From NCBI GenBank assembly GCA_040285855.1, contig JAUFOQ010000005.1:2170001-2234000 (forward strand): a stretch of DNA of 64,000 nt, in the 5' to 3' direction. The position numbers and the translations under genes are program-made. This document shows positions 48,507 to 62,300 of the stretch, in pieces (the first letter of the stretch is position 1; every line of letters begins with the position of its first letter). The notes under the pieces were generated by a model. That model worked only from the letters and a program-made list of their open reading frames with translations. It had not been told where the DNA came from and made no database searches. This DNA comes from Eukaryota sp. GEM-RC1 (lineage: Eukaryota).

Positions 48507-50588
48507 GGGATTTATGCAGATTTCATCACTAATATACATTAATTGCATTTTTCATCTAATATTACTTTATTTTGCAATCATTGTTTCAACTCATAAAACC
48601 TATTTCGTTGGACAGTTTCTCCTGTCATGACCAACTTGGTCACAATTTCTACACTTACGTTGTCGTGGTCTTGGTGCTGAACCATCTACTACTGTTGGTA
48701 TCATACTGCTGGCACCTTGCTGCAACACAATCCACTCTGGGCAGTTTCTTCTGTCGTGCCCAATAATTCTACAATGACCACATCTACGTGGGGAGAGAGG
48801 CATTGCTTCCTGATTCTCTTCCGTTGCTGCTGCGTCAGGTTCTACTTCTTCACCGTCGCTACTCGCATCCTTCTCATCGAATCTCTTTGATTAAAGCGTT
48901 TAGTACGTGAGTACTTGTCCTTACGTGAAATTGGCGGACGACCTGGCATTACTGTATCTAAAGGAGGAAACACATCACTTTCTAGTTCTTCGATATTCCT
49001 TCTATAGTCGATTGGATAAAATTCGCCATCATACGTCTTCTTAAAATTAGTAACTAAATAATAGGGAGACACTAAAGATCTGGGGTGAATTCTAACACGT
49101 CTCGAAACTGACATTACGTGAATACATGGCACATCATGTTGTTTCCAGAATCCGCAACTGCACGTTTTGTACTTCAGATCCACAGAAAACACAAATTCGT
49201 TTTCTCCTCACGGAATACAAATTGTCGGAGAACGTGGTTACTTCTAAACTGCGAGCTCTCAATATCGACGGCAACAAATACTCTTCAACATCATCAACGA
49301 ATTCTCCATGCATCTTCATTGATTCATCTTTTCTTCTTCTGAACAAATGAGTCATTGCTTCAAAGATACCGTTAACCATTGAAGTCACTGGCAAAGAGCG
49401 AACTGGAAGAAGCCATGCATTTAAGGATTCAATGATATTGGAGGTGAGTTGTCCATATCTATTCCCTTCAAAGTGTACTGTCGACCAAGATTCTTTCGGA
49501 GCTGACTCTTCCAAATAAGTATAACCCACTGGGCACTGGATTTGAAGGAGCTGCCAATAGCGGTCAAATTCGTTTAACGTACTCGCTCTTGCACATTTCC
49601 AAAACAATTTCATTGCTTTCTTTCCACCTCTGGACGAGAGATTGTCACTGAGATGTTTACAGCACACAGAGTGGTAGGTTTCTTCACCAAAAACTTCGAC
49701 CAGCGTACGGGATATGGCTGGATTTCTGTCACTAATAAATACTGTTTTGTCGTTGATTGCAAAATTGTCATTCAAATTCTCCAAAAAGCTTCTCCAATTT
49801 ATTACATTTTCTGTTCGAGTAATTTCAAAAGCTATAGGAAAGAAATGTCCGTTGGTATCAATGCCAGCAGCAGCCAACAATGTTCCCTTGTATTTGGACC
49901 TCAGATGAGTTCCATCTATCACGATAACAGGCCTTAAAAACTCAAATCCTTTCACAAGAGGTTGAGAAGTAAAGAAAAAGCGCTCAAATGTGCCATCAGG
50001 TGCAACATTCAGCTTAAAAGGAGAGTCAGGATTAGTGGAGTTGAGACTTTGGAAAAAGGGTTCCAGAAAGGTGTATGAGGTATCTAAAGAACCATAAAGT
50101 AGTTCGTTAGTGGCCTCTAGAGCTCGACAGGCTTTACTCGGACTTATATCAATAAAGTACTTGGTTTTCAGCTTCCTAGCAAATACAGATGGACTGGTAA
50201 TCTTTCCACCTCTTACTTCTTCTGCCATTAAAATGGCACAGATTTGTTTAGGCAAGGTCGTAAAACATAAGGATTGGCAGGAAGCAATGTGATCGACAAA
50301 CTTTCTTATTTCCCATTCGTGGGTGTCTGTGTCCTGAAAACAGTGGATGTAACAGGGACAAGGTGTAGAGGAGCCACATCGTATATCCCAACGGTTCTGG
50401 TTTTTCTGAGTTATGTCGAAGCATTTATCACTCGAAAGGAACCAAGAGTAAACATCATGCTGCAAGTGTTGGATGTTTGTATAAGAATGACCTTGTTGAA
50501 GAGTTGTATTAGTTGTAGTCATTAGTAAAAGAGTATTGATGTTAAATGAATTGTTATTTACTTATGTGATGTAAATTGACGATTTCCC
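48507..50588 (-). mobile_element. MULE copy 3 (both termini present)
   Basis: GGGATTTATG...GATTTCCC. Transposase pieces at 48600-50522. Confidence 0.9.
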
Positions 50589-52678
50589 TAGGTTTTATGA
50601 GTTGAAACAATGATTGCAAAATAAAGTAATATTAGATGAAAAATGCAATTAATGTATATTAGTGATGAAATCTGCATAAATCCCTAAAACCTATTTCGTT
50701 GGACAGTTTCTCCTGTCATGACCAACTTGGTCACAATTTCTACACTTACGTTGTCGTGGTCTTGGTGCTGAACCATCTACTACTGTTGGTATCATACTGC
50801 TGGCACCTTGCTGCAACACAATCCACTCTGGGCAGTTTCCTCTGTCGTGCCCAATAATTCTACAATGACCACATCTACGTGGGGAGAGAGGCATTGCTTC
50901 CTGATTCTCTTCCGTTGCTGCTGCGTCAGGTTCTACTTCTTCACTGTCGCTACTCGCATCCTTCTCATCGAATCTCTTTTGATTAAAGCGTTTAGTACGT
51001 GAGTACTTGTCCTTACGTGAAATTGGCGGACGACCTGGCATTACTGTATCTAAAGGAGGAAACACATCACTTTCTAGTTCTTCGATATTCCTTCTATAGT
51101 CGATTGGATAAAATTCGCCATCATACGTCTTCTTAAAATTAGTAACTAAATAATAGGGAGACACTAAAGATCTGGGGTGAATTCTAACACGTCTCGAAAC
51201 TGACATTACGTGAATACATGGCACATCATGTTGTTTCCAGAATCCGCAACTGCACGTTTTGTACTTCAGATCCACAGAAAACACAAATTCGTTTTCTCTC
51301 ACGGAATACAAATTGTCGGAGAACGTGGTTACTTCTAAACTGCGAGCTCTCAATATCGACGGCAACAAATACTCTTCAACATCATCAACGAATTCTCCAT
51401 GCATCTTCATTGATTCATCTTTTCTTCTTCTGAACAAATGTGTCATTGCTTCAAAGATACCGTTAACCATTGAAGTCACTGGCAAAGAGCGAACTGGAAG
51501 AAGCCATGCATTTAAGGATTCAATGATATTGGAGGTGAGTTGTCCATATCTATTCCCTTCAAAGTGTACTGTCGACCAAGATTCTTTCGGAGCTGACTCT
51601 TCCAAATAAGTATAACCCACTGGGCACTGGATTTGAAGGAGCTGCCAATAGCGGTCAAATTCGTTTAACGTACTCGCTCTTGCACATTTCCAAAACAATT
51701 TCATTGCTTTCTTTCCACCTCTGGACGAGAGATTGTCACTGAGATGTTTACAGCACACAGAGTGGTAGGTTTCTTCACCAAAAACTTCGACCAGCGTACG
51801 GGATATGGCTGGATTTCTGTCACTAATAAATACTGTTTTGTCGTTGATTGCAAAATTGTCATTCAAATTCTCCAAAAAGCTTCTCCAACTTATTACATTT
51901 TCCGTTCGAGTAATTTCAAAAGCTATAGGAAAGAAATGTCCGTTGGTATCAATGCCAGCAGCAGCCAACAATGTTCCCTTGTATTTGGACCTCAGATGAG
52001 TTCCATCTATCACGATAACAGGCCTTAAAAACTCAAATCCTTTCACAAGAGGTTGAAAAGTAAAGAAAAAGCGCTCAAATGTGCCATCAGGTGCAACATT
52101 CAGCTTAAAAGGAGAGTCAGGATTAGTGGAGTTGAGACTTTGGAAAAGGGTTCCAGAAAGGTGTATGAGGTATCTAAAGAACCATAAAGTAGTTCGTTAG
52201 TGGCCTCTAGAGCTCGACAGGCTTTACTCGGACTTATATCAATAAAGTACTTGGTTTTCAGCTTCCTAGCAAATACAGATGGACTGGTAATCTTTCCACC
52301 TCTTACTTCTTCTGCCATTAAAATGGCACAGATTTGTTTAGGCAAGGTCGTAAAACATAAGGATTGGCAGGAAGCAATGTGATCGACAAACTTTCTTATT
52401 TCCCATTCGTGGGTGTCTGTGTCCTGAAAACAGTGGATGTAACAGGGACAAGGTGTAGAGGAGCCACATCGTATATCCCAACGGTTCTGGTTTTTCTGAG
52501 TTATGTCGAAGCTTTTATCACTCGAAAGGAACCAAGAGTAAACATCATGCTGCAAGTGTTGGATGTTTGTATAAGAATGACCTTGTTGAAGAGTTGTATT
52601 AGTTGTAGTCATTAGTAAAAGAGTATTGATGTTAAATGAATTGTTATTTACTTATGTGATGTAAATTGACGATTTCCC
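50589..52678 (-). mobile_element. MULE array unit 4 (96-bp 3' end inverted)
   Basis: TAGGTTTTA-3'end-CCC (50589-50684), then TAAAACCTA and transposase 50691-52612. Confidence 0.9.
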
Positions 52679-54728
52679 TAGGTTTTATGAGTTGAAACAA
52701 TGATTGCAAAATAAAGTAATATTAGATGAAAAATGCAATTAATGTATATTAGTGATGAAATCTGCATAAATCCCTAAAACCTATTTCGTTGGACAGTTTC
52801 TCCTGTCATGACCAACTTGGTCACAATTTCTACACTTACGTTGTCGTGGTCTTGGTGCTGAACCATCTACTACTGTTGGTATCATACTGCTGGCACCTTG
52901 CTGCAACACAATCCACTCTGGGCAGTTTCCTCTGTCGTGCCCAATAATTCTACAATGACCACATCTACGTGGGGAGAGAGGCATTGCTTCCTGATTCTCT
53001 TCCGTTGCTGCTGCGTCAGGTTCTACTTCTTCACTGTCGCTACTCGCATCCTTCTCATCGAATCTCTTTTGATTAAAGCGTTTAGTACGTGAGTACTTGT
53101 CCTTACGTGAAATTGGCGGACGACCTGGCATTACTGTATCTAAAGGAGGAAACACATCACTTTCTAGTTCTTCGATATTCCTTCTATAGTCGATTGGATA
53201 AAATTCGCCATCATACGTCTTCTTAAAATTAGTAACTAAATAATAGGGAGACACTAAAGATCTGGGGTGAATTCTAACACGTCTCGAAACTGACATTACG
53301 TGAATACATGGCACATCATGTTGTTTCCAGAATCCGCAACTGCACGTTTTGTACTTCAGATCCACAGAAAACACAAATTCGTTTTCTCTCACGGAATACA
53401 AATTGTCGGAGAACGTGGTTACTTCTAAACTGCGAGCTCTCAATATCGACGGCAACAAATACTCTTCAACATCATCAACGAATTCTCCATGCATCTTCAT
53501 TGATTCATCTTTTCTTCTTCTGAACAAATGTGTCATTGCTTCAAAGATACCGTTAACCATTGAAGTCACTGGCAAAGAGCGAACTGGAAGAAGCCATGCA
53601 TTTAAGGATTCAATGATATTGGAGGTGAGTTGTCCATATCTATTCCCTTCAAAGTGTACCGTCGACCAAGATTCTTTCGGAGCTGACTCTTCCAAATAAG
53701 TATAACCCACTGGGCACTGGATTTGAAGGAGCTGCCAATAGCGGTCAAATTCGTTTAACGTACTCGCTCTTGCACATTTCCAAAACAATTTCATTGCTTT
53801 CTTTCCACCTCTGGACGAGAGATTGTTACTGAGATGTTTACAGCACACAGAGTGGTAGGTTTCTTCACCAAAAACTTCGACCAGCGTACGGGATATGGCT
53901 GGATTTCTGTCACTAATAAATACTGTTTTGTCGTTGATTGCAAAATTGTCATTCAAATTCTCCAAAAAGCTTCTCCAATTTATTACATTTTCCGTTCGAG
54001 TAATTTCAAAAGCTATAGGAAAGAAATGTCCGTTGGTATCAATGCCAGCAGCAGCCAACAATGTTCCCTTGTATTTGGACCTCAGATGAGTTCCATCTAT
54101 CACGATAACAGGCCTTTAAAACAACCTCAAATGTGCCTCAAGTGCAACATTCAGCTTAAAAGGAGAGTCAGGATTAGTGGAGTTGAGACTTTGGAAAAGG
54201 GTTCCAGAAAGGTGTATGAGGTATCTAAAGAACCATAAAGTAGTTCGTTAGTGGCCTCTAGAGCTCGACAGGCTTTACTCGGACTTATATCAATAAAGTA
54301 CTTGGTTTTCAGCTTCCTAGCAAATACAGATGGACTGGTAATCTTTCCACCTCTTACTTCTTCTGCCATTAAAATGGCACAGATTTGTTTAGGCAAGGTC
54401 GTAAAACATAAGGATTGGCAGGAAGCAATGTGATCGACAAACTTTCTTATTTCCCATTCGTGGGTGTCTGTGTCCTGAAAACAGTGGATGTAACAGGGAC
54501 AAGGTGTAGAGGAGCCACATCGTATATCCCAACGGTTCTGGTTTTCTGAGTTATGTCGAAGCTTTTATCACTCGAAAGGAACCAAGAGTAAACATCATGC
54601 TGCAAGTGTTGGATGTTTGTATAAGAATGACCTTGTTGAAGAGTTGTATTAGTTGTAGTCATTAGTAAAAGAGTATTGATGTTAAATGAATTGTTATTTA
54701 CTTATGTGATGTAAATTGACGATTTCCC
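52679..54728 (-). mobile_element. MULE array unit 5 (96-bp 3' end inverted; local deletion near 54115)
   Basis: Same junction at 52679-52783. Transposase pieces at 52781-54662. Confidence 0.9.
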
Positions 54729-56653
54729 TAGGTTTTATGAGTTGAAACAATGATTGCAAAATAAAGTAATATTAGATGAAAAATGCAATTAATGTATATT
54801 AGTGATGAAATCTGCATAAATCCCTAAAACCTATTTCGTTGGACAGTTTCTCCTGTCATGACCAACTTGGTCACAATTTCTACACTTACGTTGTCGTGGT
54901 CTTGGTGCTGAACCATCTACTACTGTTGGTATCATACTGCTGGCACCTTGCTGCAACACAATCCACTCTGGGCAGTTTCTGTCGTGCCCAATAATTCTAC
55001 AATGACCACATCTACGTGGGGAGAGAGGCATTGCTTCCTGATTCTCTTCCGTTGCTGCTGCGTCAGGTTCTACTTCTTCACTGTCGCTACTCGCATCCTT
55101 CTCATCGAATCTCTTTTGATTAAAGCGTTTAGTACGTGAGTACTTGTCCTTACGTGAAATTGGCGGACGACCTGGCATTACTGTATCTAAAGGAGGAAAC
55201 ACATCACTTTCTAGTTCTTCGATATTCCTTCTATAGTCGATTGGATAAAATTCGCCATCATACGTCTTCTTAAAATTAGTAACTAAATAATAGGGAGACA
55301 CTAAAGATCTGGGGTGAATTCTAACACGTCTCGAAACTGACATTACGTGAATACATGGCACATCATGTTGTTTCCAGAATCCGCAACTGCACGTTTTGTA
55401 CTTCAGATCCACAGAAAACACAAATTCGTTTTCTCTCACGGAATACAAATTGTCGGAGAACGTGGTTACTTCTAAACTGCGAGCTCTCAATATCGACGGC
55501 AACAAATACTCTTCAACATCATCAACGAATTCTCCATGCATCTTCATTGATTCATCTTTTCTTCTTCTGAACAAATGTGTCATTGCTTCAAAGATACCGT
55601 TAACCATTGAAGTCACTGGCAAAGAGCGAACTGGAAGAAGCCATGCATTTAAGGATTCAATGATATTGGAGGTGAGTTGTCCATATCTATTCCCTTCAAA
55701 GTGTACTGTCGACCAAGATTCTTTCGGAGCTGACTCTTCCAAATAAGTATAACCCACTGGGCACTGGATTTGAAGGAGCTGCCAATAGCGGTCAAATTCG
55801 TTTGTTCTACCTTTCGACATTTCCAAAACACAGAGTGGTGTTTCACCACAAACTTTCGACCAAAAGCGCAGCTGGATATGGCTGTCATAAATACTGTTTG
55901 TCGTTGATTGCAATTGTCATTCAAATTCCGCTTTCAATTATTACATTTTCGTTCGAGTTTTAGCTATAGGAAAAAGATCAATGCCAGCAGCAGCCAACAA
56001 TGTTCCCTTGTATTTGGACCTCAGATGAGTTCCATCTATCACGATAACAGGCCTTAAAAACCAAATCCTTTCACAAGAGGTTGAAAAGTAAAGAAAAAGC
56101 GCTCAAATGTGCCATCAGGTGCAACATTCAGCTTAAAAGGAGAGTCAGGATTAGTGGAGTTGAGACTTTGGAAAGGGTTCCAGAAAGGTGTATGAGGTAT
56201 CTAAAGAACCATAAAGTGTAGTGGCTCTAGAGCTCGACAGGCTTTACTCGGACTTATATCAATAAAGTACTTGGTTTTCAGCTTCCTAGCAAATACAGAT
56301 GGACTGGTAATCTTTCCACCTCTTACTTCTTCTGCCATTAAAATGGCAAATTGTGATTTGTTTAGGCTCGCAAGGATTGGCAGGAAGCAATGTGATCGAC
56401 AAACTTTCTTATTTCCCATTCGTGGGTGTCTGTGTCCTGAAAACAGTGGATGTAACAGGGACAGAGGAGCCACATCGTATATCCCAACGGTTCTGGTTTT
56501 CTGAGTTATGTCGAAGCTTTTATCACTCGAAAGGAACCAAGAGTAAACATCATGCTGCAAGTGTTGGATGTTTGTATAAGAATGACCTTGTTGAAGAGTT
56601 GTATTAGTTGTAGTCATTAGTAAAAGAGTATTGATGTTAAATGAATTGTTATT
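54729..56653 (-). mobile_element. MULE array unit 6 (poor-quality middle; 5' end cut at ATTGTTATT)
   Basis: Same junction at 54729-54833. Many indels at 55800-56470. Confidence 0.85.
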
Positions 56654-58730
56654 GGGAAATCGTCAATTTACATCACATAAGTAAATAACAATTCATTTAA
56701 CATCAATACTCTTTTACTAATGACTACAACTAATACAACTCTTCAACAAGGTCATTCTTATACAAACATCCAACACTTGCAGCATGATGTTTACTCTGGT
56801 TCCTTTCGAGTGATAAAAGCTTCGACATAACTCAGAAAACCAGAACCGTTGGGATATACGATGTGGCTCCTCTACACCTTGTCCCTGTTACATCCACTGT
56901 TTTCAGGACACAGACACCCACGAATGGGAAATAAGAAAGTTTGTCGATCACATTGCTTCCCGCCAATCCTTACGTTTTACGACCTTGCCTAAACAAATCT
57001 GTGCCATTTTAATGGCAGAAGAAGTAAGAGGTGGAAAGATTACCAGTCCATCTGTATTTGCTAGGAAGCTGAAAACCAAGTACTTTATTGATATAAGTCC
57101 GAGTAAAGCCTGCCGAGCTCTAGAGGCCACTAACGAACTACTTTATGGTTCTTTAGATACCTCATACACCTTTCTGGAACCCTTTTCCAAAGTCTCAACT
57201 CCACTAATCCTGACTCTCCTTTTAAGCTGAATGTTGCACCTGATGGCACATTTGAGCGCTTTTTCTTTACTTTTCAACCTCTTGTGAAAGGATTTGAGTT
57301 TTTAAGGCCTGTTATCGTGATAGATGGAACTCATCTGAGGTCCAAATACAAGGGAACATTGTTGGCTGCTGCTGGCATTGATGCCAACGGACATTTCTTT
57401 CCTATAGCTTTGAAATTACTCGAACGGAAAATGTAATAAATTGGAGAAGCTTTTGGAGAATTTGAATGACAATTTTGCAATCAACGACAAAACAGTATTT
57501 ATTAGTGACAGAAATCCAGCCATATCCCGTACGCTGGTCGAAGTTTTTGGTGAAGAAACCTACCACTCTGTGTGCTGTAAACATCTCAGTGACAATCTCT
57601 CGTCCAGAGGTGGAAAGAAAGCAATGAAATTGTTTTGGAAATGTGCAAGAGCGAGTACGTTAAACGAATTTGACCGCTATTGGCAGCTCCTTCAAATCCA
57701 GTGCCCAGTGGGTTATACTTATTTGGAAGAGTCAGCTCCGAAAGAATCTTGGTCGACAGTACACTTTGAAGGGAATAGATATGGACAACTCACCTCCAAT
57801 ATCATTGAATCCTTAAATGCATGGCTTCTTCCAGTTCGCTCTTTGCCAGTGACTTCAATGGTTAACGGTATCTTTGAAGCAATGACTCATTTGTTCAGAA
57901 GAAGAAAAGATGAATCAATGAAGATGCATGGAGAATTCGTTGATGATGTTGAAGAGTATTTGTTGCCGTCGATATTGAGAGCTCGCAGTTTAGAAGTAAC
58001 CACGTTCTCCGACAATTTGTATTCCGTGAGAGAAAACGAATTTGTGTTTTCTGTGGATCTGAAGTACAAAACGTGCAGTTGCGGATTCTGGAAACAACAT
58101 GATGTGCCATGTATTCACGTAATGTCAGTTTCGAGACGTGTTAGAATTCACCCCAGATCTTTAGTGTCTCCCTATTATTTAGTTACTAATTTTAAGAAGA
58201 CGTATGATGGCGAATTTTATCCAATCGACTATAGAAGGAATATCGAAGAACTAGAAAGTGATGTGTTTCCTCCTTTAGATACAGTAATGCCAGGTCGTCC
58301 GCCAATTTCACGTAAGGACAAGTACTCACGTACTAAACGCTTTAATCAAAAGAGATTCGATGAGAAGGATGCGAGTAGCGACAGTGAAGAAGTAGAACCT
58401 GACGCAGCAGCAACGGAAGAGAATCAGGAAGCAATGCCTCTCTCCCCACGTAGATGTGGTCATTGTAGAATTATTGGGCACGACAGAAGAAACTGCCCAG
58501 AGTGGATTGTGTTGCAGCAAGGTGCCAGCAGTATGATACCAACAGTAGTAGATGGTTCAGCACCAAGACCACGACAACGTAAGTGTAGAAATTGTGACCA
58601 AGTTGGTCATGACAGGAGAAACTGTCCAACGAAATAGGTTTTATGAGTTGAAACAATGATTGCAAAATAAAGTAATATTAGATGAAAAATGCAATTAATG
58701 TATATTAGTGATGAAATCTGCATAAATCCC
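56654..58730 (+). mobile_element. MULE copy 7 (inverted duplicate of copy 1)
   Basis: GGGAAATCG...ATAAATCCC followed by AAATTTAAA, the reverse complement of the copy 1 flank. Confidence 0.9.
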
Positions 58731-58955
58731 AAATTTAAATGGGAAGATAAAGTTCTTTGGGTTAAGTCAAGGTGGTGTTGCATGTGTTGACGTCTCTCAT
58801 GATGTCTCTTGTTGTTGTTTTAAACCACAATTCCAGTAAAGACAAATGTTGTTCCTTTTTCAAGTGGACTTCAAATGGATAAACTTGATAGCATCTGTTT
58901 AAATAAGTATTCTGTAAGGCTAAGTAGGAGTCTAATGTGTTTGAAGAGGAAGGAA

Positions 58956-59117
58956 GAGATGTTTATTCGGCACCCAATAAGGTAACCTTTCTACAAACTA
59001 TGAAATTGTAAAAACAAACAAATAATACTAAGATTAAATCCAAACGACTTCATCACCACCCGGTAAAAGATTACGTTTATCTACATGAACCTTCACACCA
59101 AACTTGTACAATTTCTC
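58956..59117 (-). mobile_element. 162-bp 5'-truncated RLE-type non-LTR insertion
   Basis: 11-bp direct repeat AGAGGAAGGAA at 58945-58955 and 59118-59128. Absent from the paralogous arm (~38811-38821). Sequence matches the 3' end of the 33.6-33.7 kb remnant. Confidence 0.85.
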
Positions 59118-59362
59118 AGAGGAAGGAATGTAATAAAAACAACAGTTTGAATAGGAATATATGCAATGATTGTTAATAGGGCAACATATCACTATACATA
59201 ACTTTTGTGTAGATATCTAATTAGCAACACTATCAGAAACTGTCCTTACACTTGATGTATTTCTGGTATTAGATCACAATAAAAAGAAAGTTGGAACTTA
59301 AAACTAATCATTATAAAATCAGAAATAATGATTGAAAGAATTCAATTAATCAATCTATAACT

Positions 59363-62300
59363 TACTTACCAAGTGCTCTAAAAACATCCTCAGATAGATC
59401 ACATTCATTGAGGTCAAGAGAAGTCAATGGACTATCGAGCTTGATAAAGTCATTCAAAACTTTGATTGCTTCGCCCGTAAACCCGCAGTTTTTTTAAAAA
59501 TAAGCTCTTGGATTTTAAAGGACGTCAAAAAACACCGCAGAGATACAACATCGTCAGTTGTTAATTGAGTAAAACTCTCTGGTGAATAACAAAACAAGCC
59601 ATTGTCAACACCAACAAAAGAAGGAGAAATATCAAGATCGATCACTGAATTGTTGATAGAAAGAATTTCAAATAAGGTGATTAGTCCTGCTAGTCTTGAA
59701 CTTTTCAATCCAAGGCAATCAACACGTTTAAGAGGAAGGTTTGACCTTAACGAATTTAAAAGTGAAATTATTTCCTGATTTTCAATCTCATTCTGATAAC
59801 GAATAAATGCAAGTGAAAAATCAACAAAATGAGGGAAAACATCAATAGTTGTGGGTTTGCTGACTGATGACGTCATCACTTTTGTTTCATAAACAGACAA
59901 AAGAGTGTTGATTCCAATGGAACAATTTCGAAAGCTAACCGCGTTCAAAGAAGAGTTACACAACGATTTGATTAAGTTTGAAAAAGTGTCATCCAATGTG
60001 GGAGTACAACTGTTTCTAAAAGGACCATTATGTTTTGAACAATCAAACTAAATCAATCACTGAAGTCAACAGAAGTCAATTCCTGATTGATGCTGACTGA
60101 ATCATACAATCCAACCATGTCTTCGTAAATAAATGAACACCCTCTAATAGCAAGATCTTTGATACTGAAACACGTCAGCAAAGACTGTAAAGCTAAAACT
60201 TCTGAAGATCAGTTTCCGTAGCTCTTTCTGGTAGAAATCGTAAAACACTATTTTCAATATCAATAAAATGAGGAGAAACTTGAATTGTTGGAATGAGTGT
60301 TCTAGTGGAAAATAGCTTAAAAAGAGCTAAAAGACTCATAAATCCGATGTGAAAATTGTTGAAATTATTGTTGTTTAGAAAAGAAAGAGAATGTAGGGCT
60401 TTGAGTAAGTCTGAGAAAACAACATCGGTAAAATAACTAAAGCGACAGAAATCTAGATGATTTAATCCACAGTCACTGAAGCTGACAGAAGTCAATGACT
60501 TATTGACCCTAATTAAATCACAAATAACAGGGATTGTTCTATCAAAAAGATACAACTCTTAATTGCCAGCTCTTCGATAGAACTACACTTCAAAAGAAGT
60601 TTTAGATTAGATTTCCTCAATAGTGATCGTGAACGAACATTGAAAGAACTTTCAGGAGAAAAACAGAACAAACCTTTATCAGTTTCAATCGTATACGGAG
60701 AAACATGAATATTAAGGGTTAATTTGTGAGTAGGAATCAAATTAAAGATATGTAAAAGACTTTTGAGACCAATGTTGGTATTGCTTAGATTGATCCTTTT
60801 CAAATAACAATTGGACTGACATGCATTGAGGATACATAAGATCACGTCATCATCTAGACTACAATCACTGAAGTCAACAGAAGTCAAGCAGTTATTATTC
60901 CTTATTAAATGACATAAAACGGGGATTGATTGGTGAGTAAAACTACATCCTTTTAAAAAAAGTTCTGTGATGGTAAAACACTGTAAAATCGACTGTAATA
61001 ACGAATGTTCGGTAGCAGTTATTCGAGAACAAATGTATATGTGAGTTACTGAAGAATTTGGTGGACTTGGTGAGAAATAAAACACGCCCCTGTGAATATC
61101 AATTAAATTAGGAGTCAGATCAATCCGAGATCGTACCTTTTCACTAAACATTGGTTCAAACAAGGAGAGTAGAAATTTTAAATTTAAGGAGTGAAAACAG
61201 ACTTTCTTCAGTACAGAATTCAATTCGAGAGATTTCAGAATGTGTTTAAACTGATTTAGTTCAACCCGTAAATCTTGGAGACTAAGCACAAGGAAATATT
61301 GTGTTGGACCATTTCTAATAACAACTTAACTGTCTGGTCATTGATCTGACATCAGGTAAAACAATTGACAACTCTAGTAGTGAAGTATTAGATATAAGAG
61401 ATTTAAAAATTGTTGAGAGTTCAACATTACAGAATATTAATTCAAGTTTTCTTAAAGCAGTGTTGAATTTTAACACTTTCCCAAGGTCTTCACCCTTAAA
61501 GTAAGCGAACTTAACAGAAAGTTCTCTAATAGATGAGTTGTTCTCAAGTCCATTGAATAAGGCAGAATCAAGACAACCACCAGGAAGAGTAATACTTCTA
61601 AGACTTAAACTTTTGAAAAGTGGAATAAGATCGCTTGAACACTGGATTCGAAGATTATTCAAATGAATTTTTGAAATATTTGAATTATTTGAAATTGCGG
61701 TAAATAGAATCAAAGATACTTTATTATTAATTGAGTAGTCAGAGCTAAATGAAATTGTTCTCAGGGTGTTGTTAGAATAAAACACCTCTGCCAGCGAGGC
61801 AGCTTCAGTAGAAGTAAGTGAGTGCAGACCAAGATTTAACTCTAAAATTGTTCTATTACCCATTAAAGACTTACAAAGTGCAGTAAAAGTATCTCCCTGA
61901 AAAGATGACTTCCTGGGAATGTCAAGAACTCGCAGACGTGGAAGGAAAAGAGAAGACGAATGGTCAAGTAAGTAATGTACAAAAGAAGAACTACTGATGT
62001 TAAATGAGTTATATTAGTAGTAAACTCAATAATATCTTTATCTACAAGAAAGTCATTTACAATCAGGTAAACAGAATAAACCTTTGCTTTAAAGAATGAA
62101 GTCATTGCAGAAAGTAGAACAATGTCTTTTGGGAAAACGGGAATAGTAGTTGTTCCAAGAAACAGTTGCACTGCTGTCAATGAAGAATCAAAGAATAGTT
62201 GACTTACAAAGCCAAACTTTTTAATAAATCCAACAAGTTTGTTTCCCAAACGACAGAGAGAATGTTGACGATAGTTTTGATGATTTTTTGACTACAAGAG

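Noticed and set aside
55800..56470. Highly diverged MULE segment (also 48330-48420 and 54110-54150)
   Set aside because: Dense small deletions flanked by near-perfect sequence look like low-coverage long-read consensus, not biology.
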